In this document: in pieces, positions 32,770-42,635 of the stretch | Position numbering within the stretch: the stretch's first letter is position 1 | Layout of the letters: each line of letters opens with the position of its first letter | DNA from: Gloeobacterales cyanobacterium | GTDB lineage: Bacteria > Cyanobacteriota > Cyanobacteriia > Gloeobacterales > PMM-0068 | NCBI GenBank assembly: GCA_038245785.1 | Contig: JBBRSB010000019.1 | Coordinates: 22,972-86,971, forward strand | Direction of reading: 5' to 3' | DNA: 64,000 nucleotides | The notes under the pieces: model-generated | The model's input: the letters and a program-made list of their open reading frames with translations, nothing else | What the model was told of the DNA's origin: nothing | The model's database searches: none | Made by a program: the position numbers and the translations under genes

Positions 32770-33717
32770 ATGCTTGTAAACCCCTCTTCAGATAACAATA
32801 TGGAACCCGCTTCAGATCTTTCTGTACAGGTAAACTTCTCTGTTCCTGAAAAACGCAAGGGACGGGGACGCAAACCAAGTAGTTCAGAGGACTCTGTTGG
32901 CCAATTTTTAAGAGAAATGGCCCGTTATCCTCTTCTGACCTCTGAGCAGGAGGTGGAGATTGCCCGCACGATTGCGCGTGGGGGTCCTGACGCAGAACCA
33001 GCTAAGCGCCGTCTTGTGCGCGCGAACTTGCGCCTGGTCGTATCGATCGCCAAGAAATATCTCAACCGGGGAGTACCTTTCCTGGACCTGATCCAAGAAG
33101 GTTCTATCGGTTTGATGCGGGCGGCTGAAAAGTTTGACTACGAACGTGGATTTAAATTTTCCACCTATGCTTACTGGTGGATCCGCCAGGGGATCACCCG
33201 TGCTATTGCCTCTCAATCTCGGACCGTACGCCTCCCTGTGCACATGGTTGAGAAGCTGAATCAGGTTAAGAAAGTCCTGCGGGAAATGACTCAAGAGTTG
33301 GGCAGACGTCCAACAAAGCCTGAGCTAGGAGAAAAGCTGGAACTCACCCCTGAGAAGCTGGACGAGATTCTTGAAGCTGGACGCCGCACTCTTTCTTTGC
33401 ACGTCAAGGTTGGTAAAGAGGAAGATACGGAACTTCTAGAGCTAATTGAAGCCCATGACGAGTTAACTCCCGATTCTTATATTGACCGTGAGATGTTGTC
33501 TCAGCAGATCGGGGAAGCTTTGGACCAGCTAACTCCTCGTGAACGGGATATCCTGATGCTGCGCTTTGGCATGCTGGATGGCCATGACTACACGCTGTCT
33601 GAAATTGGTGAACTGTATTCGCTTTCCCGTGAGCGCGTTCGCCAAATTCAAGCTAAAGCAATGCGTAAACTCCGTCATCCTCGTCGTCAAGCTCTATTAC
33701 GTGACTGGATGAGCTGA
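32770..33717 (+). CDS. RNA polymerase sigma factor, RpoD family (probably group 2)
   Basis: [39 protein letters not shown]; no region 1.1. Confidence 0.93.
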   Translation: MLVNPSSDNNMEPASDLSVQVNFSVPEKRKGRGRKPSSSEDSVGQFLREMARYPLLTSEQEVEIARTIARGGPDAEPAKRRLVRANLRLVVSIAKKYLNRGVPFLDLIQEGSIGLMRAAEKFDYERGFKFSTYAYWWIRQGITRAIASQSRTVRLPVHMVEKLNQVKKVLREMTQELGRRPTKPELGEKLELTPEKLDEILEAGRRTLSLHVKVGKEEDTELLELIEAHDELTPDSYIDREMLSQQIGEALDQLTPRERDILMLRFGMLDGHDYTLSEIGELYSLSRERVRQIQAKAMRKLRHPRRQALLRDWMS

Positions 33718-33738
33718 GACTTGCTCTAGAATATTTAC

Positions 33739-33768
33739 AGTAAACCCTGCATCTCTGCAGGGTTTACT
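33739..33768. terminator. Hairpin terminator after the sigma gene
   Basis: AGTAAACCCTGCA-tctc-TGCAGGGTTTACT, 13-bp stem. Confidence 0.75.
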
Positions 33769-33782
33769 CTTGGATTCCTTGC

Positions 33783-33809
33783 AAATCATAGTCATATCGA
33801 TTATGATTT
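33783..33809. promoter_or_regulatory. AT-rich inverted repeat operator upstream of srx-dps
   Basis: AAATCATAGTC-atatc-GATTATGATTT (10/11 arm match). Confidence 0.55.
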
Positions 33810-33834
33810 AGGAGTCGCAAGGGAAGTTTGTCTC

Positions 33835-34098
33835 ATGGCTGATATCCGAGAGCTCCCCATAGAGCAGATTCGTCGCCCTCTACCGCGTCAGAATGATCCC
33901 CAAAAAGTAGCGGTTCTGATGGAATCTATTCAAACAGTTGGTCTTCAGGAGCCGATCGATGTTTTGGAAGTTGAGGGTCAGTACTACGGGTTTTCGGGCT
34001 GCCATCGCTATGAAGCGTGCACGCGTCTTGGCCAACCAACCATTCGTTGCCGAGTCCGCCGTGCTACCCCTCAAGTGCTGCGCATGCACCTAGCCTGA
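33835..34098 (+). CDS. srxA: Sulfiredoxin
   Basis: YGFSGCHRYEA signature, ParB-like fold. Confidence 0.92.
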   Translation: MADIRELPIEQIRRPLPRQNDPQKVAVLMESIQTVGLQEPIDVLEVEGQYYGFSGCHRYEACTRLGQPTIRCRVRRATPQVLRMHLA

Positions 34099-34165
34099 TG
34101 CGGACTAAGGTTAATATCGGAACCAGCAAATAATCTCTAATCTTTATTCAATTGAGGAACTCCAC

Positions 34166-34636
34166 ATGGACATTAATGTAGGCATTGACGAAAAAGATAG
34201 AAAAAAGATTGCTGAAGGTCTATCGAGACTGTTGGCAGATACCTATTCTCTCTATTTGAAAACTCATAATTTTCACTGGAATGTCAAAGGGCCTATGTTC
34301 CAGACGTTACATCTGATGTTTGAAGCCCAATACAATGAATTGGCTTTGGCCGTAGATTTAGTCGCTGAACGTATCCGTGCTCTGGGTTTTCCGGCTCCCG
34401 GCACCTATTCTGAATACGCTCATCTGAGTTCAATTCCGGAAACTCCTGGAGTCCCGAAGGCAGAGGAGATGATTAAACTTTTGGTCGAAGGTCAGGAAGC
34501 AGTAGTGCGTACAGCCCGCTCGCTCTTCCCTCTATTGGATAAAGTGCACGATGAACCCACTGCTGATTTATTGACGCAACGGATGCAGGTTCATGAGAAG
34601 ACTGCTTGGATGTTGAGAAGTTTATTAGAAAAATAG
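34166..34636 (+). CDS. dps: Dps DNA-protecting ferritin-like protein
   Basis: [29 protein letters not shown]. Confidence 0.95.
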   Translation: MDINVGIDEKDRKKIAEGLSRLLADTYSLYLKTHNFHWNVKGPMFQTLHLMFEAQYNELALAVDLVAERIRALGFPAPGTYSEYAHLSSIPETPGVPKAEEMIKLLVEGQEAVVRTARSLFPLLDKVHDEPTADLLTQRMQVHEKTAWMLRSLLEK

Positions 34637-34656
34637 ACTTCTACCTTTGCTTTCTG

Positions 34657-34688
34657 CCTCCTTTCTATCTATAGAAGGGAGGTTTTTT
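34657..34688 (+). terminator. Intrinsic terminator after dps
   Basis: CCTCCTTTCTA-tcta-TAGAAGGGAGG followed by a T run. Confidence 0.75.
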
Positions 34689-34768
34689 AAGCGCCATGAT
34701 GTAACGTTGTTAACCGTAGAGGGCTATTTCCGCGAACTTGATATATTTGTTCTAAAAGGGAGATCTGA

Positions 34769-35374
34769 ATGGTGATCAATTTCAAAAACTATGGCTTCAA
34801 CCTGCTGCTTACGTTGTCCTTGCTTATGGCACCGACTGCGATAGCCCAAACCACCGCCATACAGAAAACTACTACTATTCCGGCAGGCACTGAATTTGAT
34901 GCCAAGTTACAGGAAGACCTCTCTACCAAAAAGAATCGCGACCAGGATCGCTTTACGCTGAGGGTGCAAAAGCCATTATTTGGGGGAGTCCCGCTTTTGA
35001 ATGGCACACAAGTGGAAGGGCATCTAGAACAAGTAGTAAAAGCGGCTAAAGGTCAAAAAGCGAAGATGAGTTTAGTTTTTGATGACATTGTCTTCAAGAA
35101 CGGAAGCCGCCAACCGATCGGTGTCACGCTTCAAAACTCGAAAGTTCAAACAAAAACTAAAGGAACGTTCCTCCGTAATACGGGAATTATCCTCGGTGGA
35201 GCGGTGGCTGGGCGCTATTTAGGTAAAAAAACAGGGTTACCACTGGGAACTACAGGCGGAATCGCTGCAGCCACAGCCTTTGTTCTAAATAGCCCTGGTG
35301 GTGAAGTCGTACTGAAAAAAGGAACGAAACTCCAACTTAAACTGAATAAGCCCTTGACCGTGGGAGTTCGTTAG
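34769..35374 (+). CDS. Secreted basic protein with TrbI/VirB10-like beta domain and Gly-zipper
   Basis: Signal peptide, IPAGT...L...LST, GGAVAG...GGIAA, V.LKKGT.L.L.L..PL. Confidence 0.65.
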   Translation: MVINFKNYGFNLLLTLSLLMAPTAIAQTTAIQKTTTIPAGTEFDAKLQEDLSTKKNRDQDRFTLRVQKPLFGGVPLLNGTQVEGHLEQVVKAAKGQKAKMSLVFDDIVFKNGSRQPIGVTLQNSKVQTKTKGTFLRNTGIILGGAVAGRYLGKKTGLPLGTTGGIAAATAFVLNSPGGEVVLKKGTKLQLKLNKPLTVGVR

Positions 35375-35382
35375 GGAATAGA

Positions 35383-38157
35383 TTACTTCGCTTCCTTCCA
35401 GTTCACACCAGCATTGATATCCACATTAAGCGGAACGGATAAAGTTACGGCCTGTTCCATACAGGTGCGAATCAAGGTTTGCACTTCTTCCCATTCCGCT
35501 TTCGGGACCTCGAAAACCAATTCATCATGGACTTGGAGAAGCAGTCTAGATTGATAGGGCTTTAAGGCTTTATGGACATGCAGCATCGCTATTTTAATAA
35601 TGTCAGCCGCTGTGCCTTGGATGGGGGCATTAATAGCAGCACGCAGGAGGGCAAGACGTTGATTGGTGGGTTGTTTGGCTAGATTGTGAAAGTAGCGACG
35701 ACGCCCGAAAATAGTTTCTACGTATTCCTTCTCCAAAGCCATTTTTTCTGTTTGTTTTAGATAGGCAAAGACCTTGGGATAGCGTTCATAGAAACCATCC
35801 ACGAACTTTTTGGCATCTGCTCGATTGACACCTGCTTCTCGAGCGAAACGGTCTGATCCCATGCCATAGATAACCCCATAGTTCAGGGTTTTACCAAGAC
35901 GACGTTCTTCTTTGGTAACTTCTGATTTTTCAAACAAAAGTTTAGCCGTCAAGGCATGAACATCCTCTCCTGTATTAAAAGCTTGGACAAGCGGCATTTC
36001 CTGACTGACATGAGCCAAAATTCGAAACTCAATCTGAGAATAATCCGCTGAAACCAAAAGCCAATTTTCTTCTGGAATAAAGGCAGAACGAACACGACGA
36101 GAAAATTCCGTGCGGATTGGAATATTCTGTAAATTTGGATGAGAAGAACTCAGTCTTCCAGTTGTGGTTATCGTTTGATTGAAATCTGTGTGCACGCGAT
36201 GCGTTTTAGGATTGACCAGTTCCGGCAAAGCATCGACATAGGTAGATTTGAGTTTAGAAAGTGTGCGATTTTCTAGAATCGTGTCAATAAGAGGATGGTC
36301 TCCTTGGAGCTTTTCTAAGACTTGTACATTGGTGGAATAGCCTAGGGTCGTTTTTTTGGATTTGCGGCTATCTAGTTTTAATTTCTCAAAGAGAATATCG
36401 CTGAGCTGTTTAGGCGAGTTGAGATTAAACGGTTCTCCTACTAGTTCATAAGCTCGCTCTTCTAAGGTCTTCAAATCACGGGTTAATTCTTCTGACAGTT
36501 GGGCCAGATAGACTTTATCGATACGGATACCCTGCCATTCCATATCGGCCAGAACAGGCTCCAGCGGAAGTTCCAGCGTATTGTAGAGTTTTTCGAGGGT
36601 GGGAGACTGGGCTAGTTCTGCTTTGAGTAAAGGAACTAGCTTTTGGGTACATACCGCATCCATGCCACAGTAATGAGCAGCATCGGTAATGGGAACTTCC
36701 GCAATCGTTTTTTTCTTGCCCACCAATCCTTCATAGGAAGGCATCGTCGTTTTGAGATAGCGGAGGGACAGGGCTGCTAAGTTGTGTTCTGCTTCTGGAT
36801 TGAGGGTGTAGCTAGCGAGCATCGGATCAAAGACAACCCCCTGTAGATTAACCTCATGGTTCAGCAATATAAGTCGGTCATACTTGGCATTTTGGAAGGC
36901 CTTAGGAACATTAATATCTTCTAGAAAAGGACTCAAGGCTGCGAGCGATGCAGGATAATTTTGGCCTTCTAGATGTCCAATCGGAAAGTAGTAGGCTTGT
37001 TCATCTTGCCAAGAACAACCGATTCCAACGAGTTGGGCCTGACGAACATCCAGGCTCGTTGTTTCTGTATCAAAGGCGAGGATGGTTTCTGAAGGTAAGG
37101 CTTTTAACGCGGTCAAGAACTGGGCTAATTTTTCAGCACTGTCTACCACAGTGACCTGGATATCTAATCGAGCTTGGTCTTGGAATCCAAACCAAAGCTC
37201 ATCATCTGCGGCCTCTTGGCGATCCATTTCTTCTTGTTGCTCACTGCCCTTGGAAAAGGCTGTTTGCAGTCGTTTAACCTGACGCAGAAAAGAGGTAAAT
37301 TCTAGGTTTTCCAAGAGAGGTCGTACATCTTCTTCTTGGAATCCAGTCAATCTGCACTGGTCTACATCTGCAACCATCGGGGCATCCCGATGAATGGTGG
37401 CCATCCAGTAAGAATGCTGAGCTGCATCTTCGCCTGCTTCGAGCTTGGTTTTGGTGGCTCCTTTGATCTCCTTAATATGTTTATAAATCTCTGCTAAAGA
37501 ATTGTATTCTTCGAGCAGTTTGATCGCTGTTTTTGCCCCAATGCCTTTGACCCCAGGAATATTGTCAGAGGTGTCTCCACAAAGGGCTTTGTAGTCCACA
37601 ACTTGTTCTGGCCAGACGCCCAATTTCTCTTTTACTTGTTCAGGACCAAATTCTCGGATGCCTGGCTGCTGCGTGCTCTGATAGAGGACTCGGATATTGC
37701 CTTCTCGGTCCACGAGTTGGAATAAGTCTTGGTCCCCACTCAGCAGTTTTACTCGATAGCCCGCCTGTACGCCTTGCATGGCAAGACTTCCTAAGAGATC
37801 ATCCGCTTCATAGCCGGGCAATTCCATGCGCGGAATTTGGAGAGCGGAGAGGATTTCTTTGAGGTTTTGCAGGTCGTCAATGAACTCCTGTGGGGTTTCG
37901 GCCCGTCCGGCTTTGTAGGTATCGTCCACATCATGGCGGAACGTGGGCATCCGCGTATCAAAGGCGACCGCTGCCGCTTTCGGCTGCTCTTTCTCCAAGA
38001 CTTCCAGCAGTGCTTTCAAAAAGCCATAGCAAACACTGGTTGGGATACCTTTAGAGGTCCGCAAACCACCTTCAGATCCTCTTAAATAGGCATAAAAAGA
38101 CCGATAGGCCAGGGAATGCCCATCTACTAAGAGGAAGGTGTCTTTGGTGTCTGTCAT
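35383..38157 (-). CDS. polA: DNA polymerase I
   Basis: VDGHSLAYRS, GYEADD, TGRLSSSHPNLQNIP, ADYSQIE, LQVHDEL. Confidence 0.98.
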   Translation of the reverse strand: MTDTKDTFLLVDGHSLAYRSFYAYLRGSEGGLRTSKGIPTSVCYGFLKALLEVLEKEQPKAAAVAFDTRMPTFRHDVDDTYKAGRAETPQEFIDDLQNLKEILSALQIPRMELPGYEADDLLGSLAMQGVQAGYRVKLLSGDQDLFQLVDREGNIRVLYQSTQQPGIREFGPEQVKEKLGVWPEQVVDYKALCGDTSDNIPGVKGIGAKTAIKLLEEYNSLAEIYKHIKEIKGATKTKLEAGEDAAQHSYWMATIHRDAPMVADVDQCRLTGFQEEDVRPLLENLEFTSFLRQVKRLQTAFSKGSEQQEEMDRQEAADDELWFGFQDQARLDIQVTVVDSAEKLAQFLTALKALPSETILAFDTETTSLDVRQAQLVGIGCSWQDEQAYYFPIGHLEGQNYPASLAALSPFLEDINVPKAFQNAKYDRLILLNHEVNLQGVVFDPMLASYTLNPEAEHNLAALSLRYLKTTMPSYEGLVGKKKTIAEVPITDAAHYCGMDAVCTQKLVPLLKAELAQSPTLEKLYNTLELPLEPVLADMEWQGIRIDKVYLAQLSEELTRDLKTLEERAYELVGEPFNLNSPKQLSDILFEKLKLDSRKSKKTTLGYSTNVQVLEKLQGDHPLIDTILENRTLSKLKSTYVDALPELVNPKTHRVHTDFNQTITTTGRLSSSHPNLQNIPIRTEFSRRVRSAFIPEENWLLVSADYSQIEFRILAHVSQEMPLVQAFNTGEDVHALTAKLLFEKSEVTKEERRLGKTLNYGVIYGMGSDRFAREAGVNRADAKKFVDGFYERYPKVFAYLKQTEKMALEKEYVETIFGRRRYFHNLAKQPTNQRLALLRAAINAPIQGTAADIIKIAMLHVHKALKPYQSRLLLQVHDELVFEVPKAEWEEVQTLIRTCMEQAVTLSVPLNVDINAGVNWKEAK

Positions 38158-38245
38158 GAAGAAAACCGGATGCTCTACCTATTGTGTCCCGTCACAGTAC
38201 AGGGAGCATGACAAAGTGTCTACGCAGAGACAGTCTGGCTCACAA

Positions 38246-39409
38246 TTACGGCAACACTTTTTGCAGAGCCTCTAAAAGTTTATCTACGCTTTCCTTGCGG
38301 CTGTTAAAGCCCATCAGTCCGATGCGCCAAACCCGACCAGAGAGTTCACCGAGACCGCCGCCGATTTCAATGTTATAGTCACGCAGCAATCGCTGGGAAA
38401 CAGCCTTTCCATCTACAACCTCTGGGATACGGACGGTGGTTAAAGTTGGCAGTCGGAATTCTTTTTCTACATGCAAGGTGAGTCCTAAATCTTCTAACCC
38501 TGCCCAGAGATACTCTACGTTTTGCTGATGACGCTGCCAGCAGTTCTCCAGCCCTTCTTCTGCCACTAGGCGCAGCGCTTCCCGCAGGCCATAGTACAGA
38601 TTAATCGGCGCTGTATGGTGATAGGTTCGCTCATTACCCCAGTACTTGCTGAGCAAAGACATATCGAGATACCAATTGGCTACCTTGGTGCGACGCTTCT
38701 GCAACTTCTCCATCGCTCGCGGACCCATCGTGAACGGCGAAGCTCCTGGAGCACAGCCCAGGCCTTTCTGGCTGCAGCTATAGGCCAAATCAACGCCCCA
38801 CTCATCCAGGAATAAAGGGACTCCCCCTAGACTTGTGACCGTGTCTAGCAGTAACAGACAGTCATATTCCCGACATAAATCACTCACTCCATCTAGAGGT
38901 TGACGGGCTCCGGTAGAAGTTTCCGCATGCACCAAAGCCAGAATATTGGGGCGATGCGTTTCAAAAGCGGTGCGCAGTTCACTCAGCGAAAAAACCTGTC
39001 CCCAGGGCTTGGTGATCGTTTGCACCTCTGCTCCATAGCGTCCTGCCATATCGACCAGACGGTTCCCGAAATAGCCTGCCGCCCCGACCAAAAACACGTC
39101 ACCTGGTTCTGTGATATTAGCAATGGTGGCCTCCATCGCTGCGCTTCCCGTTCCGCTTACCGCAATAGTCAAAGCATTCTCTGTCTGCCAGACATAGCGC
39201 AACAAGGACTGAATTTCATCCATGATCGATAAGAAAGCTGGGTCCAAGTGCCCAAGCAGCGGAGTATTCATGGCCTGGAGAACCGCAGGATGGACATTGG
39301 AAGGCCCCGGTCCCATTAAGAGTCGGGTCGGCACTTCGAGGGGAGTGAGGTTTAAGCGCTGATGATTATTGATAGAGCGTGTTTGCATCATTATTTTCTC
39401 TCCTGGCAT
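38246..39409 (-). CDS. Alanine-glyoxylate aminotransferase family (class V PLP)
   Basis: LLMGPGPS, HAETSTG, DTVTSLGG, SCSQKG, YHHT. Confidence 0.92.
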   Translation of the reverse strand: MPGEKIMMQTRSINNHQRLNLTPLEVPTRLLMGPGPSNVHPAVLQAMNTPLLGHLDPAFLSIMDEIQSLLRYVWQTENALTIAVSGTGSAAMEATIANITEPGDVFLVGAAGYFGNRLVDMAGRYGAEVQTITKPWGQVFSLSELRTAFETHRPNILALVHAETSTGARQPLDGVSDLCREYDCLLLLDTVTSLGGVPLFLDEWGVDLAYSCSQKGLGCAPGASPFTMGPRAMEKLQKRRTKVANWYLDMSLLSKYWGNERTYHHTAPINLYYGLREALRLVAEEGLENCWQRHQQNVEYLWAGLEDLGLTLHVEKEFRLPTLTTVRIPEVVDGKAVSQRLLRDYNIEIGGGLGELSGRVWRIGLMGFNSRKESVDKLLEALQKVLP

Positions 39410-39492
39410 AAAAGTGATCCTAAAGGCTGGTTGCGCGTCCGTAAAACTAATGAAAGAATTTGAAACCCTAACGATGTTTTAGTCTAAACGTG

Positions 39493-40047
39493 ATGAGCAC
39501 TCCATACAAACCGACGAAAGAGGAGATTTGCGCTGCCTTTGGTAAAACCATTCCAGATATCATTGATCCCAATCTGCACGTATTATTCTGTGGCATTAAC
39601 CCTAGCCTCTATAGTGTGGCCGTAGGGCATCATTTTGCCCGTCCAGGCAATCGTTTCTGGCCGACGCTCCAGGCAGCAGGCTTTACAGAGCGTCTCCTCA
39701 CTCCCTTTGAGGATAGTGCGCTTTTGGAACAAGGCTATGGACTGACCAATATTGCAGACCGAGCAACGGCAAGAGCTGATCAATTAGATAGGCAGGAACT
39801 GATAACCGGACAGCAACAGTTGTTAGAAAAAGTGCAGTATTATCGCCCTCAGATTCTTGCAGTACTAGGCATTGGAGCTTACCGTGCAGCCTTCAACAGG
39901 CCCAAAGCTATGTTAGGTCAGCAGGATGAGTTCATTGGCGATGCCATCATCTGGGTCCTGCCCAACCCCAGCGGATTGAATGCCCATTACCAAAAAGAAG
40001 ATCTCAAACAGGTATATCAAGAGCTAAGGGGGTTCAGTGAAAAGTAA
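39493..40047 (+). CDS. mug: G/U mismatch-specific DNA glycosylase
   Basis: FCGINP, HHFARPGNRFW, LPNPSGLN. Confidence 0.93.
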   Translation: MSTPYKPTKEEICAAFGKTIPDIIDPNLHVLFCGINPSLYSVAVGHHFARPGNRFWPTLQAAGFTERLLTPFEDSALLEQGYGLTNIADRATARADQLDRQELITGQQQLLEKVQYYRPQILAVLGIGAYRAAFNRPKAMLGQQDEFIGDAIIWVLPNPSGLNAHYQKEDLKQVYQELRGFSEK

Positions 40048-40125
40048 GGCTTAAGATAGTGCTTAGCGCATAAGTATTAGAGAGCCCACCAGCAAAAGAG
40101 CAACTTTAATCTGTCAGCAGCCATA

Positions 40126-40153
40126 CCCCCCTTTTTTGAGGGGGAACGGGGGG
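40126..40153. repeat. Short GC-rich palindromic dispersed repeat
   Basis: CCCCCCTTTTTTGAGGGGGAACGGGGGG between convergent genes. Confidence 0.55.
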
Positions 40154-40180
40154 CTCTTTATGCAGTCTCCCCCATTCAGC

Positions 40181-40540
40181 CTACAAACCTAGTTTTTCTC
40201 GAATCACAGCTTCATCTCTGAAACCGACTGACACAGCCATTCCATCTTTGACAAATAGAGGGCGTCTCAAGAGCATTGCATCCTGAGCAAACGCTGCAAT
40301 CCATTGCGAAGCGGTCCAATCATTCTTTTCTTCACCCAGGGCTCGATAGGATTGACCTGAGGTATTGCGCATATATTTTGCGCCCAAGGAGCCTACCCAA
40401 TTTCCAATCATTTCCTTTGCTGGGGGATGCTCCTTAGTATTCACAAATTCATAGTCAATACTGTTATCTTCAAGCCACTTAAAAGCTTTTTTGCAAGTGC
40501 CACAAGTAGGTATTCCATAAACCTGAATAGCCATCATCAT
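40181..40540 (-). CDS. ArsC/Spx family protein
   Basis: YGIPTCGTCKKA, NTSGQSYR, LLRRP. Confidence 0.9.
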   Translation of the reverse strand: MMMAIQVYGIPTCGTCKKAFKWLEDNSIDYEFVNTKEHPPAKEMIGNWVGSLGAKYMRNTSGQSYRALGEEKNDWTASQWIAAFAQDAMLLRRPLFVKDGMAVSVGFRDEAVIREKLGL

Positions 40541-40566
40541 TTCCTTCTCTTTCTATAAAGATAAGG

Positions 40567-41238
40567 CTAAACCAATCCAGCCAAAATATTGACACTAAGT
40601 GCCAGAATTACCGTATTAAAAGCAAAAGATAAAACGCCGTGGATCAGGGCAAGACGACGCATAGAAGGGGAAGTTATCTGGACATCGGAGACTTGTGAAG
40701 TCATTCCTACTACAAAAGAGAAGTACGCAAAATCTAAATAATTAGGGGGCTCTTTTCCTGGAAAATCTAATCCTCCAGCCTCTTCATGGTCCATCTCTGT
40801 ATTTAACATCCCTGCTCGATAGTAGCGATGGGCATAGTGCAGCGTAAACACGGTGTGGGCCAGAAGCCAGGAACAGATAATGGCAAGAATAGAGACGATT
40901 AGATGCCCCACCATGTCCGCTTTCGGAACGCCCTGCGTGTTAAGCCCTACCGCAACAAGACTGATGGTATCGGCGATAAGCACCAAAGCCAAGATCGCTG
41001 GCCCGCTCTGGTCTTCTTGGGCAGCCCGCTGGCTGGTCTGATCCGAACTAGAACTAGTGATCAGGAACCATATCAAAACCAAGAAGCACACTACTCCTAG
41101 GTCCCAGACAACGACTAAGCGGGTTCGCAGGTGTATCCAGGCAGGTAGGACAAAAAAAGCGGCTAGACCAAACCCCAAAGACCAAAAAAGTCGCTGGTGG
41201 AATTTCAGGGTCCTCATCAAGCCAGATAGAAGTTTCAC
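40567..41238 (-). CDS. DUF1345 membrane protein
   Basis: FTLHYAHRYY, GLDFPG, YLDFAYFSFVVGMTSQVSDV; the start may be 41217. Confidence 0.9.
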   Translation of the reverse strand: MKLLSGLMRTLKFHQRLFWSLGFGLAAFFVLPAWIHLRTRLVVVWDLGVVCFLVLIWFLITSSSSDQTSQRAAQEDQSGPAILALVLIADTISLVAVGLNTQGVPKADMVGHLIVSILAIICSWLLAHTVFTLHYAHRYYRAGMLNTEMDHEEAGGLDFPGKEPPNYLDFAYFSFVVGMTSQVSDVQITSPSMRRLALIHGVLSFAFNTVILALSVNILAGLV

Positions 41239-41292
41239 AGATTCAGAAATGCTGTTACTCCTGGATTGTAGCCATTCTGAATCGAAAGATGA

Positions 41293-42513
41293 TTATCGAG
41301 CCGCTTCTACAAATTGCTTGACCGCCGTAGGGAAGATAACCTGAAGCGCTGCATCTCGTCCAGCTAAAGACTCATAGAAGAAAAAAGACATCCCTGAAAA
41401 TCCGCGCTGACGGACAGCCCAGACCTGTTTTTGAACTTCGGCTACGGGTACTGGATTATTTTTCAGGCCCTGTAGGATACCGACCCCAACGGGAATGTGA
41501 CTGCGTGCATCTATCACTTCAGGACGATCTAGCTCTGTGACAAAGGTTTTGATATCACCCCGGTACACCTGCAAGACTAGTTCGTTGACGAGTCCCCTGC
41601 GTTCCCAACTGCGCCAATCTTGAAGAGAATCCCGATAGGCAATTGGAAAAGGATTGGGAGCAATAGAAATACCAATCTCTTTCTTACGCGCTTTAACTGC
41701 ATTAAAAATCCGGACGACTAAGCCTGTGAGCTTATTCGCTCGCCAACGCATCCATTGTGGATCCCGAGGATTGTTGGGAGGATATTTCCCTTTATTCTCT
41801 TTCCAGTAGAGCTGAGTCGTATAGGAGTCATAGCCCAGGTCAACAGGCAAGCCAAAATGATCATCGAGCTGAATGCCATCAATATCGTACTTAGCTACCG
41901 CTTCGCTGATCGTATCGATGAGGAGCTGCTGTACTTCTGGCTGGAGAGGGTTTAGCCAAACACGCTGATGCCGACCTTCCATGACAATTCGGGTGCCATT
42001 ACGGCGTTCGGTAAGCCAATTAGGATGGCGACGGACCAGTTCAGATTCCAGGGGAAGCATGAAGCCCGATTCAAACCAGGGAATCACTCTTAAACCGCGA
42101 GCATGTCCCTGAGCGACTGTTTCAGCCAACATATCGCGTCCCTGCAAGCCTGGTTCCGGATGGACTGCCCGACCAATAACCCGTTCGGCTGTAGTACTGG
42201 GGAACAGCGTATAGCCTCCGTTCCAGACCGTGGGATATACCGTATTAAAGTTCAGACGCGTTAGACGGTCTAGGGCAAAATTGAGATTCTGTGGGGTGAA
42301 CAGAACGTCACTGTCCACATTGGTAAGCCAAACGCCCCGCATCTCAATATCTGCCGGAAAGGCAGTGGTCTGTGCTTGGGCAGGAAGGCAGCCCAAAAAA
42401 AGCAAGAGACCTATAAAAGCAACCAGACCACTCCTCACCAAACTCACCAAGGACATCGCATTTAGAATCCAGGCCAACAGCACTATACCCTCTGCGGTAT
42501 CTTGCCGTGTCAC
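41293..42513 (-). CDS. Glycoside hydrolase-like family 10 (GHL10/DUF187) protein
   Basis: EMRGVWLTN, WLNP..PEVQ, YDIDGIQLDD, QDWRSW; start uncertain. Confidence 0.88.
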   Translation of the reverse strand: MTRQDTAEGIVLLAWILNAMSLVSLVRSGLVAFIGLLLFLGCLPAQAQTTAFPADIEMRGVWLTNVDSDVLFTPQNLNFALDRLTRLNFNTVYPTVWNGGYTLFPSTTAERVIGRAVHPEPGLQGRDMLAETVAQGHARGLRVIPWFESGFMLPLESELVRRHPNWLTERRNGTRIVMEGRHQRVWLNPLQPEVQQLLIDTISEAVAKYDIDGIQLDDHFGLPVDLGYDSYTTQLYWKENKGKYPPNNPRDPQWMRWRANKLTGLVVRIFNAVKARKKEIGISIAPNPFPIAYRDSLQDWRSWERRGLVNELVLQVYRGDIKTFVTELDRPEVIDARSHIPVGVGILQGLKNNPVPVAEVQKQVWAVRQRGFSGMSFFFYESLAGRDAALQVIFPTAVKQFVEAAR

Positions 42514-42635
42514 CCCATTTCTTTACGGAAACAAAAGAGGACAGTCTATAGCCCAAACAGAGAGATTCGTGCCAGAAAATAAGTCTAGCGCAAGAAAACG
42601 AGCTGAAATAGTCTCCTAAACCACCATTTCCTGAA

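Noticed and set aside
38187..38203. CCCGTCACAGTACAGGG upstream of polA as another box
   Set aside because: One base shorter than the motif and only a half-site match
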